Assembly (NCBI RefSeq): GCF_009914755.1 | Contig: NC_060925.1 | Source of the DNA: the human T2T-CHM13v2.0 reference genome, Homo sapiens | Strand: one strand, 5' to 3' | Length of the DNA: 64,000 nt | Shown here: one piece after another, positions 63,747-64,000 of the stretch | How the letters are laid out: each line of letters begins with the position of its first letter | Numbering within the stretch: the stretch's first letter is position 1 | The notes under the pieces: model-generated | What the model saw: the letters and a program-made list of their open reading frames with translations, nothing else | What the model was told of the DNA's origin: nothing | Database searches by the model: none | Program-made: the position numbers and the translations under genes

Positions 63747-64000
63747 CTAACTACATAAGTGTGGGAATTGTGGTGAACTTAGAGATAATGTCCAGTGTGA
63801 AGGGGGCAACTGCTACCCAACTCCAACTAATTGTTGCCAGCCAGGAATGAAAATCCGTTATGTCCACATCTTCCTGTTTTTTAAAGAGAAGCTGGAAGTG
63901 CTGAGTTTTATATGAAATCTGATTTTTAAATGTTAGTGGCTAATTCAGTTTTTTTGTTTTACTGTATTAAAAAACATTATTTTCCAGCATTTAGTCTGTG

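Overview
Human genomic DNA (recognised from the encoded proteins as the 1p13.3 AKNAD1-SPATA42-GPSM2 interval), very Alu-rich (about 45 copies) with old L1/L2/MIR, LTR and DNA-transposon remnants. The - strand carries AKNAD1 coding exons 2-6 (13982 down to 4452; the gene continues left of the window). The + strand carries a CpG-island promoter (about 38200-38760) and exons 1-8 of GPSM2/LGN (TPR region; the gene continues right of the window). Nearly all other ORFs in the track are Alu or low-complexity artefacts. Most interesting signals: (1) a UG-repeat cryptic exon in GPSM2 intron 2 (57660-57774) that stops the canonical frame but is fully open in a second frame running into exon 3, predicting a new N-terminus; (2) five uORFs in GPSM2 exon 2, one overlapping Met1; (3) phase-symmetric TPR exons flanked by inverted Alus, predicting stop-free circRNAs; (4) CHR/CCAAT promoter, MER85 and LTR10 p53-like elements; (5) overlapping sense/antisense splice signals and X-box-like motifs at the AKNAD1/SPATA42 5' region. 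Repeat boundaries and subfamilies are approximate, read by eye.
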